From: Pseudomonadota bacterium | GTDB lineage: Bacteria > Desulfobacterota > Binatia > Binatales > Binataceae | Length of the DNA stretch: 64,000 bases | Reading direction: 5' to 3' | Assembly (NCBI GenBank): GCA_021325025.1 | Contig: JAJPHZ010000007.1 | Location: forward strand, 190 to 64,189 | Shown: piece after piece, positions 27,317 to 38,000 of the stretch | How positions within the stretch are numbered: position 1 is the first letter of the stretch | Layout of the letters: each line of letters opens with the position of its first letter | Position numbers and translations under genes: made by a program | Notes under the pieces: generated by a model | Database searches by the model: none | The model's input: only the letters and a program-made list of their open reading frames with translations | Told to the model about the DNA's origin: nothing

Positions 27317-28747
27317 TCAGATGCCGGCGAGCTTGCGTGCATATTCTGCGACTGTCCTGAAGTCATATTCCCGGTACATCTGCAACTTTTCTGCCTCAAA
27401 ACCACCCTCGGCATGAACCGCGAGCACTTCCTGGTAGCCGCCATAATCCGAAGCAGTCATATCGCCGATCAGATATAACAGACGCAGCCGCTGTTCGGCG
27501 CTCAATCCTTTGGCCCCGCCTAAAAATTTCGCGATATAGTCGCGGGTCGCAGCGTTGGTCAGGTCTTCGGCGGCCGGCGCTGTGACCAGCAGGCCGCCGG
27601 CGAGGTCCTGCAGGGTTTGCACCGCCTGATGGTAGTTGTGAGCGAAATGATATTTCGCCACGTTGACCAGCAGCGTGTTGGGTACGGCGATTCCATGTTC
27701 GATCGTGCAAGCCGCCGCCGCCCGCCGCAGCAGCGCCAGCGCGATAGTGTGGTAGGCAGCCAGCTGCGTAAGCTTGTCGCGCACATGCGCCGCGGCCGCA
27801 ATTCCGTTGGCCTCGGCGACGGCCGCACCCGCTCCCGCAAGCAGTTCCAGCAGCGGCAGTTTGTAGGAAACCGCGGTGAAACGATGAAAACGCACGAAGT
27901 TTATCGCCAGCGGACCGGCCAGCTCCGCCTCTCCGTCCAGGAAGACCCGCTCGTGGGGGACGAACACATCGTCGAACACCGTCAGCGTTTCCATCATCTT
28001 GCGCCGCGCGCTGATCGGATGCTCGATCGGGTTTTTGGGCTCGCTGCCGTGGGGACTGACAATAAGCTTCAGCCCCGGCGTGTTGAGCGGCAACGCGAAG
28101 GACAGTGCATAGGGTTCGTCGCCGGGGCGCATCGCCCGGGTGGGAAAGACGATCAGCTCATTGGCGTTGGCGGCCAGCGAGGTATGAACCTTGGCGCCGC
28201 GCACGATTATGCCGCCGGGATGCTCCGCCACCTTGCGCAAGTAGTAGTCGGGATGCTGCTGGGCGGCGGGTCCCAGGGAGCGATCGCCTTTGACGTCGGT
28301 TTGTGCCAGCGACAGTGCCAGGTCATGGTCGCGGCAATAGCGATAGTAACGCTGCACACGTTCGAGGTAGTGCGGTTTGCCGCGGTCGGCGAGCATGGTT
28401 GAGACCATGTACAGCGCAAACAGGGCTTCGGTTCCGATTTCCCTGAGCAGCACGGGATAGGTAGCGCCTTCGCGGGTGGTGGCGGCGATAAGTTCGGCGC
28501 GGATGAGTAAATCCTGCGCGCAGCGCGGTATCTGGTAAAAGCGGTTGTACAGTTCGCCGTCCTCTTCAACCACCGCCAGGGGGCGAAAGCGCGCATCGCA
28601 GGCCATCGTGTATTCCAGCGCCGCGTGCTCGACCGCGATGCGAATCACGGGATGCTCAGTTATGTCGGCAACGCGCCGTCCGCGGAAAAACACGCTGCGG
28701 TCATCGCGCAGCGATTCTCGATATTCCTGTGCGCTTCTGAGCGCCAC
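27317..28747 (-). CDS. 4-hydroxyphenylacetate 3-hydroxylase / 4-hydroxybutyryl-CoA dehydratase family protein
   Basis: EYRESLRD, AQTDVKGDRS, GIIVRGAKVH, FDDVFVPHERVFL, QDLAGG. Confidence 0.85.
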   Translation of the reverse strand: MALRSAQEYRESLRDDRSVFFRGRRVADITEHPVIRIAVEHAALEYTMACDARFRPLAVVEEDGELYNRFYQIPRCAQDLLIRAELIAATTREGATYPVLLREIGTEALFALYMVSTMLADRGKPHYLERVQRYYRYCRDHDLALSLAQTDVKGDRSLGPAAQQHPDYYLRKVAEHPGGIIVRGAKVHTSLAANANELIVFPTRAMRPGDEPYALSFALPLNTPGLKLIVSPHGSEPKNPIEHPISARRKMMETLTVFDDVFVPHERVFLDGEAELAGPLAINFVRFHRFTAVSYKLPLLELLAGAGAAVAEANGIAAAAHVRDKLTQLAAYHTIALALLRRAAAACTIEHGIAVPNTLLVNVAKYHFAHNYHQAVQTLQDLAGGLLVTAPAAEDLTNAATRDYIAKFLGGAKGLSAEQRLRLLYLIGDMTASDYGGYQEVLAVHAEGGFEAEKLQMYREYDFRTVAEYARKLAGI

Positions 28748-29003
28748 GGTTCATCAGCCTCCTCGATCGGCGATGTTGCGGCCGCTTTAAAAATGATGCC
28801 GGTGCCGTGCTGCCCGGCCAATATAGTGACCGCAACGGGCGCGGTCCACCTTGTCATCGAAGGTAGGCTCCCATACCATGCGAGCGAGACTTCCAAAGCG
28901 GGGTTCTTTGAGCAGATAGAATTGCCCGGCGCGATTGCCCAATAGCGGCCCATGGGCGGCAAACGATGAGCGTTGGCCGGCGGCAAGCGACAGGTTCATT
29001 CAG

Positions 29004-30293
29004 GTGAAGCGCAAAAAGATGATTCGAGGAGCAGTGCTGGCACTGACGCTGGCCTTTGGTCTGTTCCATCATGAACGTGCATGCGCGGCGCAAGCGGGTC
29101 TGAGCCTCTCACAACTGGTGACGATCGGGCTACAGGCCAATCCCCAGGTGCGTGCGGCGCGGGCCCGATGGTACGCCGCATCGCACAACATCCGGCAGAA
29201 CTATGCGCCCGCCGATCCGGTCTTTACATTTCTCAACGAGGACAGTCCGAATAATCCGTTTTTCGTCAAGCCGACCCTGCAGAGCTTCCAGGTAACCCAG
29301 GCCCTGCAGTTTCCGGGCAAGGGTTATCTGCAGGCGCAGTCTGCGTCGCGCACGGCGGAGATAGCGCGTCTGATATACGAGGCCGCCGTCCGCGACGTCC
29401 GCGCCCAGGTGGAAGCCGGTTACTACCAGCTCCTGCTGGATTCCGCGCTGATCGGCGTGGCGCAGGAAAATGTAGTCAACCTGCGCCAGGTGCTGAATGT
29501 GGCGCAGGTTGCGTATGCCGCAAACCGCGTGACACAGACCGATTTTGTCAACGCCGAATTCGCGCTGGCAGCGGCGCAGCAGACCCAACGCCAACTGGAA
29601 GTCGCCAGGTCCAACGACCGCACCGCACTGAACGCGCTGCTTTACCGCCGGCCCGATGAACCGCTGCAAGTGGCCGGCGCACTTGAGCTGTCGGGGATCA
29701 AAACCGGCCTGGATCAGTTGATCGAGCTCGCCCAGTCCTCGCGCCAGGAAATTCTGGAAGCCGCATTGACTGAGCGCAATTCACAAACCGCGCTGATCCT
29801 GGCCAAGCTGGAATATGCCCCCGATTACACGCTGGGCTATACATTCGACCATTACCTGCTGGCGAGCGCGGGCCCTGCTCCGACCTTCCTGCAGGACCAT
29901 ACGATTTCGATCGGACTCAACGTGCCGATTTTCTTCTGGCTCAGGCAACGCGAAGACAACGCGCGCGCAAGCTATGACCTTGAGGCAGCGCGCGAGGATC
30001 TCAATTCGGTGATCAATCAGACCGGCGCGCAGGTAACCACGCTCTACCGCCAGGCGCAATTTGCCTACGCGACGGCCAGGCTGTATCGCGATACGCTTAT
30101 ACCGCTGGCGCGCCAGGCGTTCGCGGTCGCGCTGGTTTCCTACACCAACGGCAAAATCGATTTCGTCACGTTAATCAATACGTTTCGCCAGCACAGCGAT
30201 GCCCGGGTCGCCTACCTGCAATCGGTCAACCAGGCATTGGCGCAGCGCATCGCGCTGGAACAGGCCGTGGGCCGGCCGCTGCCGCAGAAATAG
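29004..30293 (+). CDS. TolC family outer-membrane efflux protein (CusC/CzcC-like)
   Basis: Signal peptide; ANPQVRAAR, QALQFPGK, IGLNVPIF, Y..GKIDF..L, LEQAVG; start GTG 29004 or ATG 29019. Confidence 0.85.
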   Translation: MKRKKMIRGAVLALTLAFGLFHHERACAAQAGLSLSQLVTIGLQANPQVRAARARWYAASHNIRQNYAPADPVFTFLNEDSPNNPFFVKPTLQSFQVTQALQFPGKGYLQAQSASRTAEIARLIYEAAVRDVRAQVEAGYYQLLLDSALIGVAQENVVNLRQVLNVAQVAYAANRVTQTDFVNAEFALAAAQQTQRQLEVARSNDRTALNALLYRRPDEPLQVAGALELSGIKTGLDQLIELAQSSRQEILEAALTERNSQTALILAKLEYAPDYTLGYTFDHYLLASAGPAPTFLQDHTISIGLNVPIFFWLRQREDNARASYDLEAAREDLNSVINQTGAQVTTLYRQAQFAYATARLYRDTLIPLARQAFAVALVSYTNGKIDFVTLINTFRQHSDARVAYLQSVNQALAQRIALEQAVGRPLPQK

Positions 30294-30315
30294 CAGGCGC
30301 CGTTTTCGGATTTCC

Positions 30316-31947
30316 TCAATAACCGGCGAATCCCATGTTGGTGGTTGCCTGTGCCTCGGGGTCGGTGCGGACGTTGACCAGCGCCGGACGCCGGGCCGCC
30401 AGCGCGCGCTGGATGGCGGGGCGGATGTCTTCGGGCTGCTCGACGAACTCGCCCCACCCGCCCAGCGCCTCGACCACCTTGTCGTAGCGCTGCCATCCCA
30501 GCTCGCGGCCCACGTTGCCGCCGGTCTTGCGCGAGGTGAAGCCAGCGTTATTGGAGACCACGACCACGATCGGCAGGTGATGGCGGATCGCGGTGTCCAT
30601 CTCCATCCCGTTCCATCCAAACGCGCCGTCGCCGCACAGCACGACCACCTGGCGGTCGGGGCGGCCCACCTGCGCCCCGATTCCGAACGGCACGCCGATC
30701 CCCATACATCCATGCGGGCCGGCGTTGAGGCTGGTGCCGGGTTGGTAGATGGGAATCGACTGCCGTGCGAAGTTCAGAATCTCGTGGCCGTCGACCACCA
30801 GGATGGTATCGCGAGTGATAATCTCGCGCAGTTCGCGGCACAGGCGCAGCGGATGAATCGGGACCTGGCTGGAATGCAGCAGCGGCGAGTCGCGCTCTTC
30901 GTTGGAGCGCTGCTTGGCCGATAGCTGCGCCACCCACGGCGTCTCCTCGCGCGGACGGAACTTGCCCGCCGCCTCCTGCACAAGCTGACTGAGCACCATT
31001 TTGGCGTCGCCGATGATTCCCACCGCGACGCCGCGATTGTGCCCGATCTCGCGCCCGTCGAGGTTGACGTTGATGAACCTGGCGGTGGGGGAAAAACGCG
31101 GCGGGCGCAGATGCGAGAGCATCGCATTGGCCCGCGCGCCGATCACCAGCACCACGTCGGCTTCGCGAAACGCCATCGAACGCGCCGCCGGAAAGGACAG
31201 CGGATGATCCTCGGGCACCACGCCGCGTCCCTGCGGGGTGGTGAAAAACGGAATGCCGGTGACCTCAACGAACTGGCGCAGCTCTTCGCTGGCGCCCGAC
31301 CACAGGATGCCGCTGCCGGTGAGGATCAGCGGGCGCTCGGCAGCCTGCAAAAGCTCGATCGCGCGGCGCACCAGCGCCGGGTCGCCGGCAGGCCGGCTGT
31401 CGACGCGATAGTGGTCGGGATAGTGCACGCGATTGGCATCCAGCTTGGTCATCAGGATGTCGCCGGGCAGGTCAAGGTACACCGGGCCCTTCTTGCCGTC
31501 CATCGCTTCGCGAAACGCAGTGCTTACATACTCGGGGATACGTTCGGCGATATCGACGCGGTAGGCGGCCTTCACCACCGGGCGCATCATCGCGAGCTGG
31601 TCCATCTCCTGGAAGGAATCCAGCAGCACGCCGCGCATCGGGGCCGAGCCGCCGATCGCCACGATTGGAGTGGCGTCAGCCCAGGCGTTGGCAAGTCCGG
31701 TGACCGCGTTGGCGGTGCCCGGACCCGAGGGCGTGATACAGATGCCCGGCTTGCCGGTGACGCGGGCATATGCGTGGGCTGCCATCGCGGCGGCCTGCTC
31801 GTGGCGTATGTAAATGCCGGTCATGCCCAGATCGATACAGGCGCCGGCCGTGCCGCTGGTCGGCCCGCCCATCATGAAGAAGAACGCATCGACGCCCTCG
31901 TTCTTGAAGCATCGCGCGATAACCTGTTCGCCGCGTATCGTTTCCAT
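30316..31947 (-). CDS. ThDP-dependent enzyme, 2-hydroxyacyl-CoA lyase/oxalyl-CoA decarboxylase-like
   Basis: RHEQAAAMAAHAY, SGPG, GPVYLDLPGD, GCMGIGVPF, GDGAFG..NN ThDP motif. Confidence 0.85.
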   Translation of the reverse strand: METIRGEQVIARCFKNEGVDAFFFMMGGPTSGTAGACIDLGMTGIYIRHEQAAAMAAHAYARVTGKPGICITPSGPGTANAVTGLANAWADATPIVAIGGSAPMRGVLLDSFQEMDQLAMMRPVVKAAYRVDIAERIPEYVSTAFREAMDGKKGPVYLDLPGDILMTKLDANRVHYPDHYRVDSRPAGDPALVRRAIELLQAAERPLILTGSGILWSGASEELRQFVEVTGIPFFTTPQGRGVVPEDHPLSFPAARSMAFREADVVLVIGARANAMLSHLRPPRFSPTARFINVNLDGREIGHNRGVAVGIIGDAKMVLSQLVQEAAGKFRPREETPWVAQLSAKQRSNEERDSPLLHSSQVPIHPLRLCRELREIITRDTILVVDGHEILNFARQSIPIYQPGTSLNAGPHGCMGIGVPFGIGAQVGRPDRQVVVLCGDGAFGWNGMEMDTAIRHHLPIVVVVSNNAGFTSRKTGGNVGRELGWQRYDKVVEALGGWGEFVEQPEDIRPAIQRALAARRPALVNVRTDPEAQATTNMGFAGY

Positions 31948-32118
31948 GGTCGTGGCACGCCTCCAAAGCGGTTGCGGACCTTGGTCAAATAGCCGGTTCG
32001 CCCCGGCCAGAGCAAGCCAATGGCATCTGTCCGCGCGGGCGGCACCCGAGGCCGCAGCCCGATCCGGCGCGCCGATCCGCGCGCTTGCCGTGCCGACGCC
32101 GGGGGCAGGGCCGCCGTT

Positions 32119-32853
32119 TTAACGGGGCTCGCGCTGGGGGCGGACGAAACTGCACTGCAGTTGCGCCGCCGCCGACGGATGCCACTTGCGTGCGCGGCGC
32201 TCCCGGCGCGAGCCGTGCGGGGCCCGCGCGCGCCTGCTTTCCAGCGCCTTGGAGCCGGTGACCTGCACCCACCCCTGCTGCGGGTCGAACTTCTGCGCGT
32301 AGCCGCCGCTGAGCACTTCGAAAGCGAAGTGGGAATAGCCCTTGAAATCGATATTGCCCTGCGCGTTGAGATGGGCGAACCAGGCCGGCGTGACGAAATC
32401 GGTTACCAGGATTCCATCGATCGAATAGGCGTACTGGTCGTCCTCCACCGGATCGCAGATCTCGGCGGCCCAGAACACGCCCTGCGGATCCTGGTAGGCG
32501 CCGTTGAGCCACGGGTCCACCGCCATCTCGCAGATTTCATGAGTTGCGCCCACACTGACGCTGGCGTTGTCGGCCTGGATGGTTTTCACGAACACTTTGG
32601 AGATCGGCAGACCCACGTTGGTCAGGTCGTGATAGGCAAGCGCGTTGGCCTGATCGCTGTCGTCCAGGAACACCACCCACCAGGTGCCGGCGTCGGGCGT
32701 GGTGCCTTTGGGTAGGAAGGTGAAAGCGGCGGCCTCCAGGCCCCAGATCGGTGCCAGGTCGCCGTTCCATTGCTTGTCGAAGGCCGGCAGCATGGCCGCA
32801 ACGTCAGCGTCGCCAATCACGGTTGACTCGTTGATCACTGCAATTTGAAGCAT
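32119..32853 (-). CDS. Hypothetical protein with HExxE putative metal site
   Basis: GGAGG RBS; ALAYHD, THEICEMAVDP, EICDPVE, DFVTPAWF. Confidence 0.7.
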   Translation of the reverse strand: MLQIAVINESTVIGDADVAAMLPAFDKQWNGDLAPIWGLEAAAFTFLPKGTTPDAGTWWVVFLDDSDQANALAYHDLTNVGLPISKVFVKTIQADNASVSVGATHEICEMAVDPWLNGAYQDPQGVFWAAEICDPVEDDQYAYSIDGILVTDFVTPAWFAHLNAQGNIDFKGYSHFAFEVLSGGYAQKFDPQQGWVQVTGSKALESRRARAPHGSRRERRARKWHPSAAAQLQCSFVRPQREPR

Positions 32854-33026
32854 GTCTGGCGTCCTCCCCCGAATTGCACCGCGCCGACGAAGCGGCGGGA
32901 GCAGCTTTAACCCTACTCAGGACTGATCGGAATGACAGGATCCGACGCTACTGAAAGTAGCATCCGATGGCAATTATATGCCGATCCTGAATTCAGGCCC
33001 GCCGGGGCGAACTCCGCGCGACCAGC

Positions 33027-35075
33027 TTATCGCCCGTGCGCCAACAACGCGGAGAGTTCCTCGGCCAGGCCCGAGAAGCGCTGGATGCCGCGGCTGATGC
33101 CGATACGCAACAGTTCTTCGGATCCGGCGATCACCGCCGAGCGGCGGCTGCGCGTGACTGCCGTGTACAGCGCTTCGCGCGTCAGCAGCGGCAAGTCGCG
33201 CTCGGGCAGCACGACCGCGACCGCGTCGAACTCCGAGCCCTGCGCCTTGTGAATCGTGGTCGCGTAGCATAGTTCGATCGATTCGCGCAGTGCCGCGAGA
33301 TGGAACGCAACGAACCGGTCCTCGCGCCTGAACACCGCCATTGGCGCCGCGCGTCCGCCGGGCCGGCGGATGCGGACGATCACGCCCTGATCGCCGTTGA
33401 ACAGCATCCGCTCATAGTCGTTGCGCACCACGATGACGGGTTCGCCGGGCAGAAATTCCCGCTCAGAGGCGGCCGCGCCGGCGGCCTCTGAGCGCCGCCG
33501 ATGCAGCGCCGCATTGACACGCTCGGAGCCGGTGGAAAGGACACGCGTGAAGCACAAGATGCGCGAGGCGGCCAGGTGATCGAAAATCCGCCGCAACGCG
33601 GCTTGCGCCTTCGCGTCGAAGCCGTTTTCATCCTGCTCGACGTCCTGTGCGCACAGTTTCTCCACGTCGTCCGCCTTGATGCGCGCCGCATACCATCGGT
33701 TTAAAAATGCTTCCATAAGTCCGGTGCCGCCTAGAAACTCCACACCCGCAAACTGCAGTGCTTCCGGACCCTCACGCCGGACCATACCCTGGTCCGCGCC
33801 GCCCCGCGGCGCCGCCAGGTTTTGATCGGCCAGGTTGATCGCGCGCGCCACGGAGAAAACGGCGCGGCCGGCGGGATCGCCGGTATCCATCCGATAGCTG
33901 TGAGTCAGCCGCGTGCATAGACCCGGGTAGCGGCGGCGGTGCGCCTGCACCTGGGCGGCGCCCACCAGGTCGCGGAAGACCGCGCCCGCCGCAACCGACG
34001 GAAGCTGATCGGCGTCGCCGAGCAGGATCAACCGCGCATCGGGTTTCAACGCGCCCACCAGCCGCTCCATCAGGGAGAGATCGAGCATCGAGCCCTCATC
34101 CACGATCACGACGGCCGCCTCCAACGGGTTGTTGCGATGATAAGTGAAGCGCCCGCGGGTGGGCGAAAAGCCGAGCAGGCGATGGATTGTGCAGGGCTCA
34201 AGGCGAGCCTCCCTGAGCGCGCGGTCCGCCGCGGCGGGTGCCGCGATTCGCTCCAGGCCCTGGCCGATGCTCTCGCCCATGCGGAAGGCCGCCTTGCCGG
34301 TCGGTGCGGCCAGCGCGATCTGCCTGGGCGCGATTCCGATTCTGACCAGCATGCGCAAAATCGCCACGATAATCGACGTCTTGCCGGTGCCTGGTCCGCC
34401 GGAGATCAGCGCCAGAGCCTGCCCCGCGGCGTTGGCAACCGCGGCGCGCTGCTCGGCAGACAGCGCCACGGAGAGCATGCCCGGGCGCGCCGCCGTGTCG
34501 GCCAGCGCGGCCTCCAGCTTGCCGGTATCGGCTGGCTGTGGCTGCGCGATACGGTCAGCGAGCAGGCGCGCCAGCCGCACCTCCGCGCAGCGCACGCGAT
34601 GGTGATAAATGAAGGGGGGCAGGTAGATCAGCGGGCGATGGTCCTCGGGCGTGCGGCCGATGACGTGCGGGGCCAGGTCGGACTCGAGCAGGTGCGCGAT
34701 TGCCTGGAGCATGGCCTCCGCCGCGTCTGAGTCTGAGGAGTCGGCGCACAACGGCGCCAGCAGCCGGCGCATCGGCTCGCCCGACTCCTTGCCTGTAACC
34801 GGCAACCGGGTGCTGCCTTCCTGCAAGGCCGCAAGCGATGCGGTGACCAGCCCGATCAGCGCCAGGCGCTGCTCGTCGTCAAGGTCCGGCTCGAGGGAGG
34901 CGATTTCGGCCGCCAGGTGGACCGCCGGCGGATCGAGGTTGAGGTCGGCCGCGCCCGCTTCCATTCGGTGCAGGCGCCGCCTGAACTCCGCCTCGCGGCC
35001 CTGGGCGCCGTCGCCCATCTGATGGCGGAGCCAAATTGTCGCTATTCCCAACTGCCTGTAGCGCTGCTCGATCAT
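33027..35075 (-). CDS. recD: Exodeoxyribonuclease V subunit alpha (RecD)
   Basis: SGGPGTGKT, TIHRLLG, VDEGSM, GDADQLPSV, FNGDQG, TIHKAQGSEF, LYTAVTR; ATGA overlap with recB. Confidence 0.95.
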   Translation of the reverse strand: MIEQRYRQLGIATIWLRHQMGDGAQGREAEFRRRLHRMEAGAADLNLDPPAVHLAAEIASLEPDLDDEQRLALIGLVTASLAALQEGSTRLPVTGKESGEPMRRLLAPLCADSSDSDAAEAMLQAIAHLLESDLAPHVIGRTPEDHRPLIYLPPFIYHHRVRCAEVRLARLLADRIAQPQPADTGKLEAALADTAARPGMLSVALSAEQRAAVANAAGQALALISGGPGTGKTSIIVAILRMLVRIGIAPRQIALAAPTGKAAFRMGESIGQGLERIAAPAAADRALREARLEPCTIHRLLGFSPTRGRFTYHRNNPLEAAVVIVDEGSMLDLSLMERLVGALKPDARLILLGDADQLPSVAAGAVFRDLVGAAQVQAHRRRYPGLCTRLTHSYRMDTGDPAGRAVFSVARAINLADQNLAAPRGGADQGMVRREGPEALQFAGVEFLGGTGLMEAFLNRWYAARIKADDVEKLCAQDVEQDENGFDAKAQAALRRIFDHLAASRILCFTRVLSTGSERVNAALHRRRSEAAGAAASEREFLPGEPVIVVRNDYERMLFNGDQGVIVRIRRPGGRAAPMAVFRREDRFVAFHLAALRESIELCYATTIHKAQGSEFDAVAVVLPERDLPLLTREALYTAVTRSRRSAVIAGSEELLRIGISRGIQRFSGLAEELSALLAHGR

Positions 35076-38000
35076 CGCGCGGCCGCCTCGCTCTCCAAAC
35101 GCATCAGTGCGGCTTCGTAGGTGCAGACCTCCGTCCAGGCAGGGCGATGGAAATAGACGCCGGTGCGTCCGCCGCCGTCCATCCCGCGCAGGAAAATGTA
35201 CAGCAGTCCGCCAAACCGCCGGTAATCCTGCTCGCTGTTGATGTGCAGCAGGCGCAGCACGCCAATGGAATAGATGAGCGCCTGGGTCTGGTAGTGGTTT
35301 CTGACATGCGCCTCTATCGGCGCACGCTCATAGGAGGGAAGCTGGTCGCTTTTCCAGTCGGCGAAGTAGATCAACCCGTTGTGCTCAAACACGAAGTCCA
35401 CGAAGCCCTTGAGATAACCGCGCTCGACCGTCCATTTGCCGCCTGCCGACGAACCAAGCATCCGATGGCCCGCCTCGGGGATCGGATAGACGAATTCCAT
35501 CTCCCGCACGCTGCGGCATCGGTAAAGCGGACCGATGCGGTTGTGTTCCGAAATCACGATCGGAGCGGCGAGGGCGTTGAACACGATTTGGGTGCCGCGT
35601 TCGAACCACGCCTGCTGATCCCTGACCTGATTGCGGCGCATGGCGCCATAAAACAGCCCCTTGACGTCGTCGCGCTCGCGCCAGCACCCGAGGTCCGGCG
35701 CCGCCGCGAAGGAATCCATCGCCACCTTCTCGATCACCTCATGCAGGAACAGGCCGACGGCACGCCCGCCGGGAAGGTCCCGCTCGTCGGGCGGCATCTC
35801 AAGATCGCCCTTGAATTCCTCGACGGGAATGTTCCAGCCCGCCTCCTCCGCCCCCGATGCGCGCAGCGAAGTGTAGGAGCGCATTACGAGCGGGGTGCGC
35901 AGGCGCCTTAGATTCCACAACGCCGCCTCGTGCTCGGCGTCTTTGCGATCGTCCATCAGCGCCTGCGGCGGTCTCCATCGCAGGAGTCTGTCAGCGAGTT
36001 CAGCGTCGCCGGTGGTTACCTCCACAGGCTCGGCTACGTTGTGGATGGTAAACAGTTTGGACAGTTGCCCATCCTTCGCATCGTGCGCAACCGTCTGTAG
36101 GCGGTTGTTGAGCGCAGCGTAATAGCCGTTCAGCCTGTTGGTCGCGCCGTCGGGCAGCAGCGGCAGGTAAAGGCGCACCCGCGCCCGCGTCAACGCGACG
36201 TACAGCAGGCGGCGCTCCTCGTCTTCCTCCTCCGATTTCAACGCCTGCCTGGCGCGGTCCTTGGCCGCCTTTCCGATCGCAAAGCGGCGGTTGCCGTCTT
36301 CGTCATGATAGACGGCCAGCTTGCGAATATCGGGAATGCGGCCGAATCCGCCGAACAAGGCCACGACGTCGGCTTCCAGTCCCTTGCTCATGTGGACGGT
36401 AATCACGGAGACCGCGTCGCGTTCGCTCTCCAGGCGCTGGATGTTGGAATCCTCGAGCTCGGGCGCGGCCCGTTCGGAGATGTAGTCCTCGAGCAGCGCG
36501 ATGATTTCGGGCAGTGCCAGCCGGCGGCCCATTGCCGCCGCCAGCAGGATCTCGAAGATGTGCTCATAGTTGGTCAATCGCCGCTCGCTGCCCGACAAAA
36601 ACAGCTCGCGCGCCGCCACGCCACTGTCATGGAGCAGATGCTGGAACAGTTCGGCAAAGCGTTGACGTTCGGCGAGCGCCTTCCACTCGTACAGGCGTTC
36701 ATTGAGCGGATGGGCGGGCTGGATGTCGCCCAGCAGCGCCACTTCGCGCAGCGGCACGGCAAAAAACGGCGACAACCACGCCTTGAGGCGATGGGAGCGG
36801 ATGTGCGGCTGCGCAATCGCGCGCAGCACGTCGAGGACATGGCCGGCTTCGGAAGTTTGAAACAGCCCCTCCTGCTTGTAGAAAGCGAACGGCACCCGCG
36901 CCTCGCGCAGATACTCGCCGATCTCGGCGCTTTCCTGGCGGGTGCGGGTTAACACGAAGATACCTTTTGCGCCCACGAGCCGGGGCGGCGCGCCATCCTC
37001 TTCGATCGTGATGCGCTCGCCGGGCTCGTCCAGCAAGCGGCGCAATTCGCGGGCCAGATGGCGTCCGATGGCGCGACGGATTTCGGGAACCGACGCCTTT
37101 TGCAGGTCGGCTCTCTGGTAGCGCATCAGGATTACCGGTGTGATCGGCTTTGCGCCGGCGTCGATCGCCCGGCGATCGGGGCGCCCGCAGCGCACCGGCC
37201 GGTCATACCTTATCCGGCTGTTTTGGAACAGCGGATTGGCCGCGTTCGGATCGAAGATATGATTGCACGCCTTGATCAGGTCTTCGGTGGAGCGGAAGTT
37301 ATCGGCCAGTTCGACCGGCGGGTTGCCCCCCGTCAACTCGGCGCGCGCCTTCAGATAAGTAAAGACGTCGGCGCCGCGAAAGGCGTAGATGGCTTGTTTG
37401 GGATCGCCCACGACGTAAAGCCGCGCGCCGCCGCACTCGACAAACAGCCGGCGGAAGATCCGCCATTGCAAGTCGTCGGTGTCCTGGAATTCGTCGACCA
37501 GCGCGCAGCGGAAGCGAGCGCGCAACGCGGCAGCCAGCGCCGGACCGCCCGGGCCGTCGAGCGCCCGCCATACCCACGCCAGCATGTCGTCGTAATCGAT
37601 CAGTCCGTGCTCGCGTTTGTCGCGCTCCAGCCGATCCCTGATCGGCGGAAGAAAGGCGTCGACCACCCTCCATTCCGGCGACGTTGCCGCGACTGACACC
37701 TCGACCAGGGTCGACATCAGGCGGCCGGCCGCCCCGGAGAACTTCAGTTCCCTTTTGAGCCCGCGGTCGCCGCCAAACAACGCATCGAATTTGATCGATT
37801 CAAGCAGATCGAGCAGCCGCTCAGGCGACCCGCCGGACTCTTCGATGCTGCCTTGCACGTCGTCGACGAGCTTCAGCACGCGACGCAGCGGCTCGGGTCT
37901 GAGCGCTGAGTGCCGGCACGCTTCGCGCAGCGTCTGTGCGTTGAATCCCGCCAGTAAGCGCTCGGCGGTGCGCACCCGCTCGCCGAAGTCGCAGGAGTCC

